From: Octopus vulgaris
Taxonomy: Eukaryota
Length of the DNA: 64,000 bases
Direction of reading: 5' to 3'
Assembly: GCA_951406725.2 (NCBI GenBank)
Contig: OX597817.1
Span: forward strand, 56,296,001 to 56,360,000
This document shows positions 42,307-56,665 of the stretch, piece by piece (positions within the stretch are counted from its first letter, which is position 1; every line of letters begins with the position of its first letter). The notes beneath the pieces are model-generated. The model saw only the letters and a program-made list of their open reading frames with translations, ran no database searches and had not been told where the DNA came from. A program made the position numbers and the translations under genes.

Positions 42307-42510
42307 AGCTGTTTCGGTAGAATGTTATTCAATGCAGTCGTAAAATTTTATATAATATTATGCAAGCCTACCATCGTTAGGAATAATTTAAACGGTCAGA
42401 GTCATAGCTTAGTTCAATGTCCTTGGCTGATTGTTTAAATTATTCCTGGAAATGATAGAAATTATGTAATCCTTTACGACAACATTGAATAAGGTTCTAC
42501 CGAAATAGTT
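42307..42510. repeat. About 200-bp imperfect palindrome (MITE-like)
   Basis: TTTCGGTAGAA/TTCTACCGAAA, TTATTCAATG/CATTGAATAA, GTCGTAAA/TTTACGAC, AGGAATAATTTAAAC/GTTTAAATTATTCCT. Confidence 0.8.
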
Positions 42511-42569
42511 GTCGCTACTTTAACGTCGTTTGTGCGTTACTATTTTATACTAACAACAGAGTGTGATTT

Positions 42570-43115
42570 CAGAGAAAGACTGGATATACAAAGCATCAGA
42601 TGTAGTGCGCATGAGTGAAGACAGTGATGGTTGGTCATGTGATGCATATAGATGAGGACAACTGAATAAAGAAGTGTTGATCTCTAATTGTGGAGGGGTC
42701 GTGTGGAAAGGGTAGACTCAGGAAGACGTGGGGTAAAGTGGTGAGAAAGGTCCTTCAGACGTTTGACCTCACAGGGATGTTGACAAGGGACCGTGACTCC
42801 TGGTGGTTTGCTGTGCTTGGGGAGTGTCCAGTTAAGTAGAATTGTGGATGTCCTTGTATACAGGTGTGTCCCCTATATCCCCATTCACCTGAGTGATGCT
42901 AACCTTGCGGGCTCGTGGGTTCTGGTGCCACGTAAAAATCCCGTGCCGCTACCCCATGTAAAAGCGCCGGTGCCGCATAAAAGCACCTATGCTCTATGGA
43001 TAATGGTTGGCGTTAGGAAGAGCATCAAAAACAGACATGGAGCCTGGGCAGCTCTTCAGCTGGAAGTGCTCCTGTCAAACCGTCCAACCCATGCTAGCAT
43101 GGAAATCGTACACTA
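42570..43115 (+). mobile_element. RTE-clade LINE 3' end (degenerate)
   Basis: GHVMHIDED..VEGSCGKGRLRKTWGKVV..TRDRDSW matches the RTE C-terminal WxGHVxRM/GRPRKTW pattern, followed by a 3' UTR. Confidence 0.8.
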
Positions 43116-43344
43116 AATGAAGATGATGAGAAGCAGGAGGAGGGGATGAGTAGAGGAGGAGGAGGACAGGGAAGAGAAGCGGGAGGAGAAGCAGGAGGAT
43201 GAGGACGTGAAGAAGGAGAGGAAGAAGGAGGAGAGGAAGGAGGAGGAGAGGGAAGAGGAGGAGAGGGAAGAGGAGGAGAGGGAAGAGGAGGAGAGGGAAG
43301 AGGAGGAGAGGGGGTGTGTTATTGTGTTTATTCTCCTACGTGTC

Positions 43345-43710
43345 ACTCAGAGACCGCAAACTTCTGCCAAGGCAACACCAACATCCTCTCAACAATTAAC
43401 CGGAGATGATTTTTAAAATGAGAATATCTGAAATAAACTCGACTATTCTCACAAACGAAAATACTAAAAATGAAGCCGACCACTCTCAAAATTTAAGTAA
43501 ATAAACGGAAAAAATATTCCAGAATCCTTGTCCGGTATCGGATCGATCTCAAAATCTAATCAACTCGTGTCAGTCACGAGGCTAAACATTCCTGAAAGCT
43601 TCATCCGAATCCATCCAGCGGTTCTTGAGATATCTTCTTCACAGTCAAACAAGCAAACCAACAAACGTGACTAGAAACAATAGCTCCGCCTTAGCAAAAG
43701 CCGAGGTAAT
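43345..43710. mobile_element. Non-autonomous Helentron/HINE-like element
   Basis: Subterminal CTTCTGCCAAGG and terminal CTCCGCCTT..GCCGAGGTAA hairpin, internal CAAAATCTAATCA and a short (ACAA)-like tract. Recognition-based. Confidence 0.5.
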
Positions 43711-44176
43711 AATATAATATAATACACACGCACACACAAACATAGCTATTGCCAAGTGAAATCTACGCATAAAATAATGGCCAGAAAGATTGTCAAGACG
43801 CTTGTCCAATATGCTGTAGTATAAGATTGAACTTGGAATACTAAATTACATTCTCCAAGAAGCATTACGTCCAAACAAAACCATAGTTAAATATAAACAC
43901 TTAACCTAATGTTTCTGACATGTTTGCCCTTTGTCGTGACCAGACTTAATAAAGATTGGCCAGTTTCCTTCTTTTCGCTCTCCTCACACCAGAAAAATCT
44001 TTATTCTTAGGAACGTGTTTACTCGCTGACTTTGATATTTCGGCTCTCAAACAGCTGCTGTGTATTTTTGTGATTGGCGTCCTTTGATCATTTCTCGTAG
44101 TATACTAAATGCGTATTGTAGAGTAAATATATAATACATTAGCTGAAACTTAGGTACTACTACAGCAACTACTACA

Positions 44177-44232
<56 letters not shown>

Positions 44233-44574
44233 CACCACCACCACCACCACCACTACTACTACCACTACTATTACTACTACTTCATTGTAAGATCTGACTA
44301 ACCAAGTACTGTTGTCTTCGGCTGTTCTCGAATAGTGTATTTCAAATGTTGAAATATTTCGTCACAGACAGCTTTTCTTTTACATTACGAAAAACATCAT
44401 AGCAAGATTAACAATCATGGGGGGGTGAGTGTGTGTGTGTGCGTGCGTGTGTGTGCGTGTATGAGAGTGTGTGAGTGTATTCTGTGTTTGTGTGGGCGTT
44501 TTTAACTCACTATATTACGTTTGAGAGTCTAGATCTATACATATGTACATATGCATATATATATAAATATATAC

Positions 44575-44613
<39 letters not shown>

Positions 44614-44993
44614 AAGAGAGGGAGAGAGAGAGAGAGAGGGAGAGAGAGAGAAAGAGAGAGGGGGACGGAGAGAGGGGGAGAGAGAGGGAGAGAGAGAATG
44701 AGAGAGAGAGTGTGAGAGAGAAAGTAAGAGACAAAGAGAGAGAGAGAGAGAGTAAGAGACAAAGAGAGAGAGAGAGAGTAAGAGACAAAGAGAGAGAGAG
44801 AGAGAGTGGCTTGTTGATGCAAGTGTTGAGTCGAAGAAGAAGAAGAAGAAGAAGAAGAATTTACAGAGTGACCCAAGGATTCGAGAGTTTTGTGCGTTGG
44901 CACTTCTCAAACTGGTTTCAAACCAAGGAGGTTTCCATTTATATACTAGTGGTAATAGTATTTTTTCTCTATTGAAATTACGCATATGTATGC

Positions 44994-45027
<34 letters not shown>

Positions 45028-45294
45028 ATACATGTATAAATGTTTCTAAATGTATGCATGCATGTGTGTATGTATGTATGGATAAGTATACATATATATA
45101 CATGCATTTTTTTTGTTGCTGTTTTTAAAAAAATGTCCAGTTCCTTTGGTTTGTGTCTATGTTTTCGTTTCTCCTTGTGTTCGACGTCCTTTTGGTGTCC
45201 TGTACTCATATATGCGTGTATATGTACATGTCATGTAGAGGTAGGTACGTACATATATGTTTATATATATGCATATGTCTTATTTTATTTATTA

Positions 45295-45358
<64 letters not shown>

Positions 45359-45367
45359 ATAGCTAGC

Positions 45368-45434
<67 letters not shown>

Positions 45435-45910
45435 GTAGGTAGGTAGGTAGGTAGACACCAGAATCAAAAGACCCAGTAGTGCAAATGTTTCACTAGATAA
45501 CCACACACTTATTTATATATACATATATACACACGCACACATATATTGATGCGCACATACATCCATACACACTCACTGACACGCACACGCACACACACAA
45601 ACATACACATTTATGTGTCAAAACAACCCAAAATAATAGTCATAACAGTAACAACAACAAAAACAACAGCAACAACAAATACACGCGAATAACCATAGCA
45701 ACAACTTATATTTAACGAGAAGAGGAGAGGAGGAAGAGGAGGAAGGTGAAGCGGAGAAGGGGGGGAAAGGAGGAGGAGGCGGAGGATATTTAGCAAATTC
45801 GATTCCAGAATTTGTTGTTACCATTCGGCGTGCGAGTGAATGCGTATAATTAACATTTCTTGTGCCTGTCGATATCCAGAGATGTCTGCGATGGAATTCT
45901 CATTCCTTAC

Positions 45911-45962
45911 CATTGCCATCCAGTTGAATCAGCCCTCTGCATGACTCATTCAACAATCTCCT
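45911..45962 (-). CDS. Tentative host exon (52 nt)
   Basis: Acceptor TTTGCAG| and donor G|GTAAGG; the only open frame reads RRLLNESCRGLIQLDGN(G). Unique sequence between microsatellites. Confidence 0.25.
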
Positions 45963-45984
45963 CTGCAAATCGCACATACTCTCG

Positions 45985-46027
<43 letters not shown>

Positions 46028-46933
46028 CGTATGCATACGTGCGCATACACACACACACACACACACGCATACAAACGCACAATCATACACACAAATATAC
46101 CAACAACAACAGCAACAACACACCTTTTTCTCTTTCTGTGTCAACTCTCTCTCTCTTTCTATCCTCTCTCTCTCTCTCTCTTAATTCTCCCTCTTTCTCC
46201 CCATTCACTGTCACCCTTCTCAACCTTTCTCTCTCTCTCCCCCCTCTCTCTCTCTCTCTCTCTTATTCTTGCTTTCCCTTTGACTGTGTCCTTTCCTTAT
46301 TCCATCATCATACACACAATCTCTCTCTCTCACTGTCTTTCTCTCTCTCTCTCCCTCTCCCTCTCCCCCGCCCCTTCTCTTCTCTCTCTCTCTCTCTTAT
46401 TCTTGCTTTCTCTCTGAATGTATCGTTTCCTTATTCCATCATCATACACACAATCTCTCTCCTTTTAATCTCTCTCTCACTGTATCTGTCTCTGTCTCTC
46501 TCTCTCTATCTATCTCTCTCTCTATCTCTCTCTCTCTCTTCGCCATTAATAGTCATATATCTATATTTCTTCCTCCTTTTTTTTCCACTTGCACTCACTC
46601 TCACTATCCCTCTCACATACCATTTGTATGCCATCCATACCCCCTCCTTTTATGAGTCTAACAATCACCCCGCCATTTCTATGTGTGTGTAAGTGTTTGT
46701 GTATACAATACATGCCTGTGTGTGTGTATGTGTGTGTATACGTGTGTGTATCTATCTGTCTGCCTATGTGTAAGTCTGTCCTATTATTTTCATGTTATAT
46801 ACATTTATATATCTCTGCTTCTCATCTCTCTGTCTCTGTCCCTCTCGATTTTTCTCCCTCTCTCCCTTTCTCTTCCTCTCTACCCCTCTCCCCCCCTTTC
46901 TCTCCTATCTGTCTCCTTTTCTTGCTCTGTATT

Positions 46934-46979
<46 letters not shown>

Positions 46980-47170
46980 CATATATGTACCTACGTATAT
47001 GTTTTTTCTGTGTGTTTGCGTAGTTGTTTTTCTATTTCTATCCGTGTCTATATTTGTGAATGTGTGTATGTGTGTATGTGCGTGTATGAATAGTTCTTTG
47101 TTTGCGTGTGCGGACGTAGCTGTATGCGATTGATTGTTATCAAGTACACGCATCTACACGGTGTGTATGT

Positions 47171-47239
<69 letters not shown>

Positions 47240-48094
47240 TATGCTTGTTCATATATGTATAAATTACTTAGTGCATATCGTTGTACATTGCTACGAGAAC
47301 CAAAGGATGCGTGCGTATGTGTAAACCTCTACATCTCTGTATTCCCTTTTTTCTTTAAACCCCTCTTTTTTTTGTTAATAGGGTCCACTTTTTGGAGAAA
47401 TATATTGTGTGTGTGTATGTATGCATTAATTGTGTGTCACTATGTGCGTGCAAATTGTGAGTACGTATGAATGTGCTAATTGTGTATGCGTGTGTATGTA
47501 TACGTATATAACTTGTGTATGTGTGAATGTGTACACAAATTGTGTCTACATATGTGTGTACAAATTGTATATGTGTATATGTATGTGTGTATGTGTGCAT
47601 GTATGCGCGTACAAACTGTGTATGTCGGCATACATTGTGTGTATGTATGCGTGTGGCCGTATGAAATTGGTGTACTGACTAACACTATTAATCTGACACC
47701 AGTGTACTCAAACCGCCATATAACTTACTTAAGCTGTTGAGGACGTGCCACGGTCGGCTAGCGATTTTGGCTGCCAGCTCTTCATGATCAACAACTGGAT
47801 GATGGGAAAGATCGATAATCGATTAAATTGACGCCTATTCTTCAAGCTACCGAGCTCTGAAAGGTGAAAATCAAAGTTGATGCCAGCGTGATTTGAACTC
47901 ACAACGTACCCAACACATTGTGTCCGACGCTCTAACGGTTCTGCCAATCCACCGTTGTCGACAAATGACCCTGTTAAAGATTACGATACAGCTGTTTAGT
48001 TCCTGGTCAGACATCGTTGAAAAGGATTCTTATCAATGTTGTTCCAAACATGACCATCTCGTCTTTATATTTGTAGGAATAAACTGAGAAATGT

Positions 48095-48306
48095 ATTCTT
48101 TTACTCTATTATTTGTTTCAGTCATTTGACTGCGGCCATACTGGAGCACCGCCTTTAGTCGGACAAATCGACCCTAAAACTTATTCTTTATGAGCTTGAC
48201 ACTTATTCTATCGGTCTCTTTTGCCGAATTGCTAAGTTACGGAGACGTAAACACACGAGCGTCGGTTGTCAAGCGATGGTGAGGAAGGACAAACACAGAC
48301 ACACAA

Positions 48307-48359
<53 letters not shown>

Positions 48360-48503
48360 TACACACACATATAACAGACTCCTTTCAGTTTCTGTCTACC
48401 AAATCATTTCACAAGGCCCGAGGCTATACTAGAAGACACAGTGGGACTGAACCCGGAACCATGTGGTTGGCAAGCAAGCTACTTACCACACAGCCACTTC
48501 TGT
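48095..48503 (-). mobile_element. SINE family A copy
   Basis: Head, body and tail homologous to 55846-56277. Confidence 0.85.
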
Positions 48504-48517
48504 GCTTGTCATATATA

Positions 48518-48589
<72 letters not shown>

Positions 48590-48593
<4 letters not shown>

Positions 48594-49320
48594 TTATTTG
48601 ATCAAGTTTGCTATTTTCATATACTCTCCGTCTGAATTTATTTCTTAAAAATCGGTATATTGCAACGTTTTTCAGTTGCCATTTCTCTAATCGTTTCGAC
48701 TTTGCTTTCTTATTGCATAACCGTATCCTATTTTGATATACAATATCGATCGTTGAAAAGTCTATTTATTTGCTTCTTACTTAATAAAATGAGGTATTCA
48801 GTAGCTGTGCAATCTCTGCCTATTGATGAGGTCATTCATGTCCTGTTTTGCCAAATTTGTTGTTCAATTTACTTCGTAAATGTTTACTTCGTATCTGAAA
48901 TCCCAAAAGAAATATTTTATATTTTTTTTTGTACCATATTTCCATCAGCCTACTTCATGTTTGTTTACTAGTATAACAGCTTTCAAACACAAATTCCCGT
49001 TGCTTACATGAAATTGTTCATCTGTATATCGTTTCCTATTAGCCAGTACCATAGTTATTCGGTGTATGTTTGTGTGTTATGCAATCACGCCTTTTTGTTA
49101 AGTTATGTCGTTTATCGCTTATTCATTGCTTAGTTCAGTAGTTGTCCGGTATCAACCATTCGATTAGGTCAGTCCTATCCTGTTTTCCTAACAGTTTAGG
49201 AGTGAAGTCGTCCTGTGCATTTCAGAAACGGCTATTTTAGATTTAAAATCACCAAAGACATTTTTATATAATCTACGAAGAAATGAATCGATTTTATATC
49301 TGGTGCCATAAAAAGAATCA
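48590..49320 (-). mobile_element. Possible degenerate Penelope-like RT remnant
   Basis: Fragments resembling FDVESLYT (VFESCYTS) and FN..Y.Q..GTAMG (FNDRYCISK*DTVM) in the expected order; heavily mutated. Confidence 0.35.
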
Positions 49321-49324
49321 TTGT

Positions 49325-49359
<35 letters not shown>

Positions 49360-49954
49360 ATCGGGAGAGTTATTACACCAATGATAATAACACACGCACT
49401 GATCCAATTCCACTTCTTTATTGTTATCCAAACGGTTAATTATCTAACCAATTAACAAATCGATCGTTTGTTTAACATGCTGGTTAAACAATCAACCAGT
49501 TATTAATAAGTTAAAATTCTTTCGTCACTGTTCGCGACCATTCCAGTGACACGTGACTTAAACTCTTGCACCAATTTCTACTTTCTTTGAGTTATTTTAC
49601 TTTGTTGCTCGCTCTTGGATGCATTCGTGTGATTCTTTACTAGTATTCACCGGTTGGCGACGGGACCTTTATGATGTTCAGTTCGAGCCACTTAAAAAAT
49701 ATTAATATAATTTGGTATCAACAGCATGATTTAATATCATACCCATGGTGACAGAGTATCTTATTCTGCATGGCAAGGGGCAGACAACCCTTCATATAAG
49801 GGTGGTATAATCTAGTCGTCTCTACTATAAATTTTTATATTATCCTCCTCAAGTCCCTTGAACAAAATCCATAATTGACGGCGCTGCTTCAGAAGGGTCT
49901 CAATATAATACTGGAACCAATTAAAGAGTTAAACCCTATTTTGTACAATCTCAG

Positions 49955-50165
49955 TTATCCTTTACTTGTTTTAGCCATTACACTGCGGCCATGCTGGGGC
50001 ACTGCCTTGAATAAATTTTAGTCAAATGAATCGAGCCAATATTTTTTAATCTTTTCTCTGGCACCTGTTCTTTCGGTTTCTTTTGCCGAAAATATAACTT
50101 ATGGAGGCGTAAACAAACCAACACCGGTAGTCAAGCGGTGGGGCAGGAGAAACTAGGACACAAAG
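49955..50165 (-). mobile_element. SINE family A 3' part (variant)
   Basis: Reverse complement GGCAGTGCCCCAGCATGGCCGCAGTGTAATGGCTAAAAC tail. Confidence 0.7.
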
Positions 50166-50199
50166 TCACAGTGAGATAGACACACACGTACGTGTGTAT

Positions 50200-50492
50200 G
50201 TATGTGGTGGGCGTATTTGAACGAGAGACCGACAAAACTCCTTGTAACACCAACGATGAACTGGAAGCAAGGATTATGGCAGCATTCACTAACTTAAACA
50301 ACGAGACCACCCAGATGAGTTGCAGGAGATTCCGAAGTCTTCTGGAGACTGTGGTTGAAGCCAATGGCGATTTTACTGAATGAATTTACTCTTCAGTAGT
50401 TCAAGATACTTTGATGTAATTTTAGTAAATATAACTATAAAAACGAGATGTCAGTGTTATTTTCATTTTTGAGTTTATTCAGCGCGCCCAGC
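50200..50492 (+). mobile_element. Tc1/mariner (DD37D-like) transposase C-terminal fragment and right end
   Basis: GVFERETDKTPCNTNDELEARIMAAF..SCRRFRSLLETVVEANGDFTE* matches the C..FR.RLE.VV...G..E terminus. Confidence 0.75.
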
Positions 50493-51362
50493 ATATGTAA
50501 ATGTGTGTGCATTTGTGTGTGCGTGTATGTATGCGAGTGTGTGTGTGTGAGTGTGTGTATGTATATATGTATGTGTGTATATATGTATGTATTGTGGTAT
50601 GGAAACAAGTATGTCTGTACACACTCTTGTTTCCGTTTTCTTTTAAAGACCTTAAATTTCGATTCGATGGAGACTTAGCTTCTAATCCTGGCAAGTCAAA
50701 CACGTAAAGACTCGCTCTTCGGTTCGTCATATTTGCAATTTTTTGTTATATTGTCTCAACTCCTGATCGCTCTGGTCGAGCAGAAATATGCTCAGTGACG
50801 TTCAAGTTGTGACTAATCAATCTTTCATTCAGACAGACTCTATCTAGAATTACAATATCCAATGTATTTTGCGTTTAAAAAGAAATAAAAAAAAACTAGG
50901 GTGTAGATTGAGGCAGATTCAACTGCACTCTCTATTTCTAGCAGATCATATGACCGTATAGAGGATCAATGGATGGCGCTGCGTTAAAATTTAGTTGTTT
51001 ACAGAGCATGATATATATACGATTACTGGGAATGAATCAGAGATGTTTTCTGACCGAAGAGAGGGTCAGAACCGCGAGAGAACTGGAGACACGGGGGTTG
51101 GGAAAGTGAGGGGTGGGGGATTATCGTTATCTAAGCTAAACCACATCGGTCAGGCTGGTGGTGGTAGTTGGGAGGGCGGGTAGTTGTAGTGGTTGTGGTG
51201 GTGGTGAAGCGGTGCCAGCAGGAATTTTCTGCCATTGAGATCGATATTGGGCAACATGCATGGTGCTTGACTCAGACTTCAGTCCATTTCTACAGAGTGG
51301 TTGGCGAAGGGACAAATATAACGGCATTTGTTTAAAATTCCTTCACTAAATTCCTTCCGTCG

Positions 51363-51398
<36 letters not shown>

Positions 51399-51408
51399 TA
51401 TAGATAGG

Positions 51409-51462
<54 letters not shown>

Positions 51463-51634
51463 CATACATACATACATACATACATACATACATACATACA
51501 TACATACATACATACATACGCACGTACATACATACATAGGTCTGTACATAAATGGATATATAGTCACATGCTTATATAGATATATGCATTTATACATACA
51601 TGTGTATAAATATACATATATATGTGTGTACATG

Positions 51635-51675
<41 letters not shown>

Positions 51676-51719
51676 AGAGAGAGAGAGAGATGCGTATGTA
51701 TGTATATATATATGTAAGC

Positions 51720-51750
<31 letters not shown>

Positions 51751-51779
51751 ATATATATATGCATATATATATATATATA

Positions 51780-51828
<49 letters not shown>

Positions 51829-51886
51829 GGCTTAGTAAAATAAATTACTTTGCCGCATACTGAATTTATTTTACCCTCAATTGTTG

Positions 51887-51930
<44 letters not shown>

Positions 51931-52531
51931 CGTATGTTATATTCGTATACGTGAGTATACATGTATATGTGTGTGTGTGTGTAGGGGTAATGTGCGTGTG
52001 GGACTGTATGTGTATGTATGTTTGTTTGAATGTGTCCATGTTTATACATGCATGTGAGTGTGTGGCGCGAAGAATGTATGTGTATTTATGATCATGTGTC
52101 AATATTTATGTGTGTGTTGGCGTATGTGCATTTCTGTAAGCCTTCATCCATATTTATATATACATATGTATGCGGGTATATATGTATATGTATGCATATA
52201 TGTGTATATGTGTGCGTGAGCGCGTGCATGTGCGTAAGTCTATGGGAGAGAGTGTAGGACCAGGGTGTAGGATGACAACTTTGCTAATCTTGAATAAATG
52301 CTTCACATCTCGTCACTGTACTGAACACAGTGTCCATAGAGAAGATAGTTAGCTCTGTATGACTCATCCCCTTCTATCTGTCAATAGACACCATGAGGAG
52401 GGGACGTCTGTGGCAGTAACCAAGCGAACAGCTATAAAATTGATGTGTTTCTTTAGATAATATCCATGAGGTGGAGTTTAGCACATAGAGAAAGATGGGT
52501 CTCACTTGACTGACTTGTCACATATAAGTAC

Positions 52532-52593
<62 letters not shown>

Positions 52594-52874
52594 GCATATA
52601 TACACTAGACACAGTTGCGCATAATCATATATGGACTTTATACATACACTATATAGATACCCCGTACACATTTAGGCTGCGTAGAAATGCTGCATAGATA
52701 CATAACATTGTTAATATGTACGCATGTCCTCTTTCTCTCTCTTCCACTCTCTCGCTCTCTCACCGTATCTCCTACCCTCTCTCTCTCTCTCTCTCTCTGT
52801 ATATGATTGTTTGTGATGCGTATGTGTGTGTGTTTATCAATAATTGATTTTTCTGTCCTTGTTATATATATATG

Positions 52875-52924
<50 letters not shown>

Positions 52925-52958
52925 ATATATATATATGCAATATGTATATATATGTGTG

Positions 52959-53024
<66 letters not shown>

Positions 53025-53090
53025 ATATGTATATGTATATACATACTTATATATACGCATGTAATAGCTTTCTATATACATATAAAACAT

Positions 53091-53143
<53 letters not shown>

Positions 53144-53169
53144 CATACTTATATACTTAATTCAATGTG

Positions 53170-53560
53170 AGAACTGACTGTTCCCTGGGAGGAAAAGGAA
53201 GCTAATGGTGGGAAGCTTGCAAACAATGCGCCGTAAAGCAGTGCAGAGATCGGGGCCATCAGGCACATTGAGGGCAAGTGAAGGGGAATGTCGAGATTTT
53301 GTAGGGCGTTCATTCTGCAAACATCTGGGTGAGCTTGGCGTTACTGGCACAGACATACATCCCATCCCTGAAGCTGTAGAGAAGGCCACTAGCTGGCTTG
53401 CGATAAATAGGGTGGATCGGTGGATTTTTGCTATTGGGATATATTCTGGGACTTGAACAATCCCGACTCTGACAACTGGGCGAGTGGATCCGATGTTGAA
53501 TAAAATGAAACGACATTCGTGGGACACGAGAAACCTCATTGACGATGCATCTCAGAGTCT
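53170..53560 (+). mobile_element. HERO/NeSL-like REL-endonuclease LINE 3' fragment
   Basis: [17 protein letters not shown] (EVGCRGF-like), LGELGVTG, AVEKATSWL. Confidence 0.7.
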
Positions 53561-54119
53561 TTGCACGATGTATCTTAAAAACTAAAATTCCGTGTGTGTG
53601 TATTGTAAACAAACTCAGAATCGCTGAGTGAGTCTGCATTCAAAAGAAGATGAAGGAATGCTTGATAGCTGTAGGCCTCATTTTTCTGTTTTGTAAGGCT
53701 CTTCACACCCGTCCTGCGTTCGGGAACTCCTTCACAAGGTGCCTTCCAAAAGATTTTAGAAGATACATTTATTAATTTCAAGCAGGTACAAAACTCTAAT
53801 CTACTTCAAGGTACACATAAGTTCATTGTAGAGATGGATGGATTGCTACACTAACGAAAAACGCATTGTTTAGAAACAAGCGAAACGGCAAGTAAGAAAT
53901 GAGGTGCTTAGTTCAAAAGTCATTCGAGGAGACGCATCTTCATCTATAAAGCATGACGATTGATTTACAGCATCTCATCTGTAAGGTGCAAGGTGAGTCG
54001 AAACGATTGTGGTGATTTTGAATTAAGGCTCCCTGAATTCCATTTTTTTCTCTCATCTTTTTTATATAATATCTACGGAGACACACACACGCATACACAC
54101 ACATATACATATACACATG

Positions 54120-54167
<48 letters not shown>

Positions 54168-54168
<1 letters not shown>

Positions 54169-54469
54169 TAGCAGTATCGCCCGGCGTTGCTCGGGTTTGT
54201 AAGGGAAATAACTATATAAGCATTTTTAGAGAGTTACTTCCCTTATATGATAGCAAAAAATGCATTAAAAATAGGAAAAAAATGATAGTAAATTGTTTTT
54301 AAAATCGTAGACTCATTGTAGACGCGCGCTAATACCAAGAAGGGCTCGATATGAATCACGACTATAAGATACTCGCTTTTGGATAAACTGCACCGGAAAA
54401 TGTAGGAGTAGTTAGGAATCTAAATCGTAGGAGACAGACACCACACAACTTCACTTTTATATATATAGA
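54168..54469 (-). mobile_element. Non-autonomous Helitron
   Basis: Minus strand starts TC (54469) and ends with hairpin CCCGAGCAACGCCGGG followed by CTAG (54168-54171), inserted between A and T. Confidence 0.8.
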
Positions 54470-54612
54470 TATATATATGTATATATACGGTAAATAAGAA
54501 AATGGAGAGGATACAAAACAACATGCATCACCCGGTGGACATTCCAGTGTGTCTATTCCAAAGCATTAGAAAGTATTAGAAGAAAACATACACATGTAGT
54601 AACTATTAATAT

Positions 54613-54651
<39 letters not shown>

Positions 54652-54664
54652 ATATATATGTATG

Positions 54665-54695
<31 letters not shown>

Positions 54696-54705
54696 TTACA
54701 CATAA

Positions 54706-54740
<35 letters not shown>

Positions 54741-54885
54741 CACACACACATACACACACACACACACTCAGACATACTTACATAAATCCTTTTACGTAAG
54801 AATTCTTGAAGTAAAACTGAATAATGACATATATATATATACATACACACCAAACGCACACACAATGGTCGAGTCACTCTCTTAC

Positions 54886-54960
54886 TACTCGAATTTTCCA
54901 GGTGCACCGTTTCTTCGGCCTAATTACGCCTCTTGTATTTCCCATGAAAACCCCGTGCAT
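54886..54960 (-). CDS. Tentative host exon (75 nt)
   Basis: Acceptor TTTCACTTGCAG| and donor |GTAAGA; open in phase 0 as MHGVFMGNTRGVIRPKKRCTWKIRV. No homology established. Confidence 0.25.
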
Positions 54961-55074
54961 CTGCAAGTGAAACTCAGAGTAGCAAAAGACCAACTATATA
55001 TATTAATCTCTATTATGGTATGGAGTTGTTTCTTGCATCAGTCGACTTTGTGTGTGTGTGTGTATTGTTTTGTT

Positions 55075-55362
55075 GTTCCTTCTCGAGCCATGCCTGGCTC
55101 ATAAGGGCCGGTTTCCTTGGCGTATAGGTTCCCCACCTGGACAGGGCGCCGGTCCATCACAGGTGCGCTGCAAGGTGCAGGAGGAAAGAGTGAGAGAAAG
55201 TTGTGGCGAAAGAGTCAGCAGAAGTTCGCCATTACCTTCTACAGGAGCCGCAAGGAGCTTAGGTGTTTCGATCATAAACACACACATCGCCCGGTCTGAG
55301 ATTCGAACCCGCGATCCCTCGACCGCGAGTCCGCTGCTCTAACCACTAGGCCTTGTGCCTCC

Positions 55363-55363
<1 letters not shown>
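55075..55363 (-). mobile_element. tRNA-derived SINE family D (tail type 2)
   Basis: Head GGAGGCACAAGGCCTAGTGGTTAGAGCAGCGGACTCGCGGTC..GGGTTCGAATCTC as at 32173, with an unrelated 3' part. Confidence 0.85.
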
Positions 55364-55430
<67 letters not shown>

Positions 55431-55845
55431 CGTGTGTGTAATTATATAGTAATACGTGTGTAAATGTATAAGCAAGTGAAATTGTTAAAAAATATGTTTT
55501 CCAGTTCAGTAGTATGAGAAAATCCATACATATATATGAGAAGGTCATTTTAAGACAATAATTTCAACAGAGAATTAAATCTCGCCCAGGAATAACTGCA
55601 CAGTGTATGAATAATTAATTCTATGAGCATAAATTTAAAGTTAAAAGAGCGTGCGTGATCTACTAGACGTGGGGTATTGATTCAACTTCAAAATCTGACC
55701 AGCTTTGGCATCTCTGAAGTCATTCTGGCATTTCTGTTAAGGATAATCTTCTTAATCAATTCTGTCTGAATATAAGGATAAATCTATAGAATCGGGTTCT
55801 GATAAAGAGTTGCAATAATTGCCATAGAGTACAGCACTTGATGTA

Positions 55846-56277
55846 TACTCTCTTTACTCTTTTACTCTTTTACTCTTTTACTTGTTTCACTCATGTGACT
55901 GTGGCCATGCTGGATCACCGCCTTTAGTCGACCAAATCGACCCCAGGACTTATTCTTTGTAATCCTAGTACTTATTCTATCGGTCACTTTTGCCGAACCG
56001 CTAAGTTACGGGGACATGAACACACCAGCATCGGTTGTCAAGCGATGTTGTGGGGACAAACACAGACACACAAACATATACACACACATACATATATTAT
56101 ATATACATATATACGACGGGCTTCTTTCAGTTTCCGTCTACCAAATCCACTCACAAGGCTTTGGTCGGCCCGAGGCTATAGTAGAAGACACTTGCCCAAG
56201 GTGCCATGCAGTGGGACTGAACTCGGAACTATGTGGTTGGTAAGCAAGCTACTTACCACAGAGCCACTCCTACGCCT
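55846..56277 (-). mobile_element. SINE family A, most complete copy, (TAAAAGAG)n tail
   Basis: Full head, body, internal microsatellite and tail; tandem 8-bp 3' repeat at 55850-55880. Confidence 0.92.
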
Positions 56278-56334
56278 TGTTCAGTATGTTCAGTATCTAT
56301 TACATATATTCCTGTGAATTTATCTTGATAGAAT

Positions 56335-56665
56335 ATATTACAAAACTCTTATCTCCTTCAAACTAGGACCCTCTAATTTCAGTGTACTTGTTGTATCGCT
56401 CCATTCACTTCGTGAAGGCCCCTTGAACGTCCTCCGAAATAAAAATGTCAAACACTTTTGTCACAACCTCCTTCGTCTTCTTATTGTCTTCAAACCGCTA
56501 TCCATGATGTTCTCCTTCAGCTTTGGGAACAGCCAAAAGTCACAGAGAGAGGAAGCAAGATCTTGATTCTATGGAGACTGAGGGACAGTTTCGAAGCCAA
56601 ACTCTGTCAAGCAGGATGGTCACCAGGATGGAATTGTGAACAGGTGAATTGTCCTGATGCTGGTG
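56335..56665 (-). mobile_element. mariner transposase C-terminal remnant (second family)
   Basis: HQDNSPVHNSILVT, DLA..CDFWLFPKLK, EDVQGAFTK*MERYNKYTEIRGS*FEGD. Confidence 0.75.
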
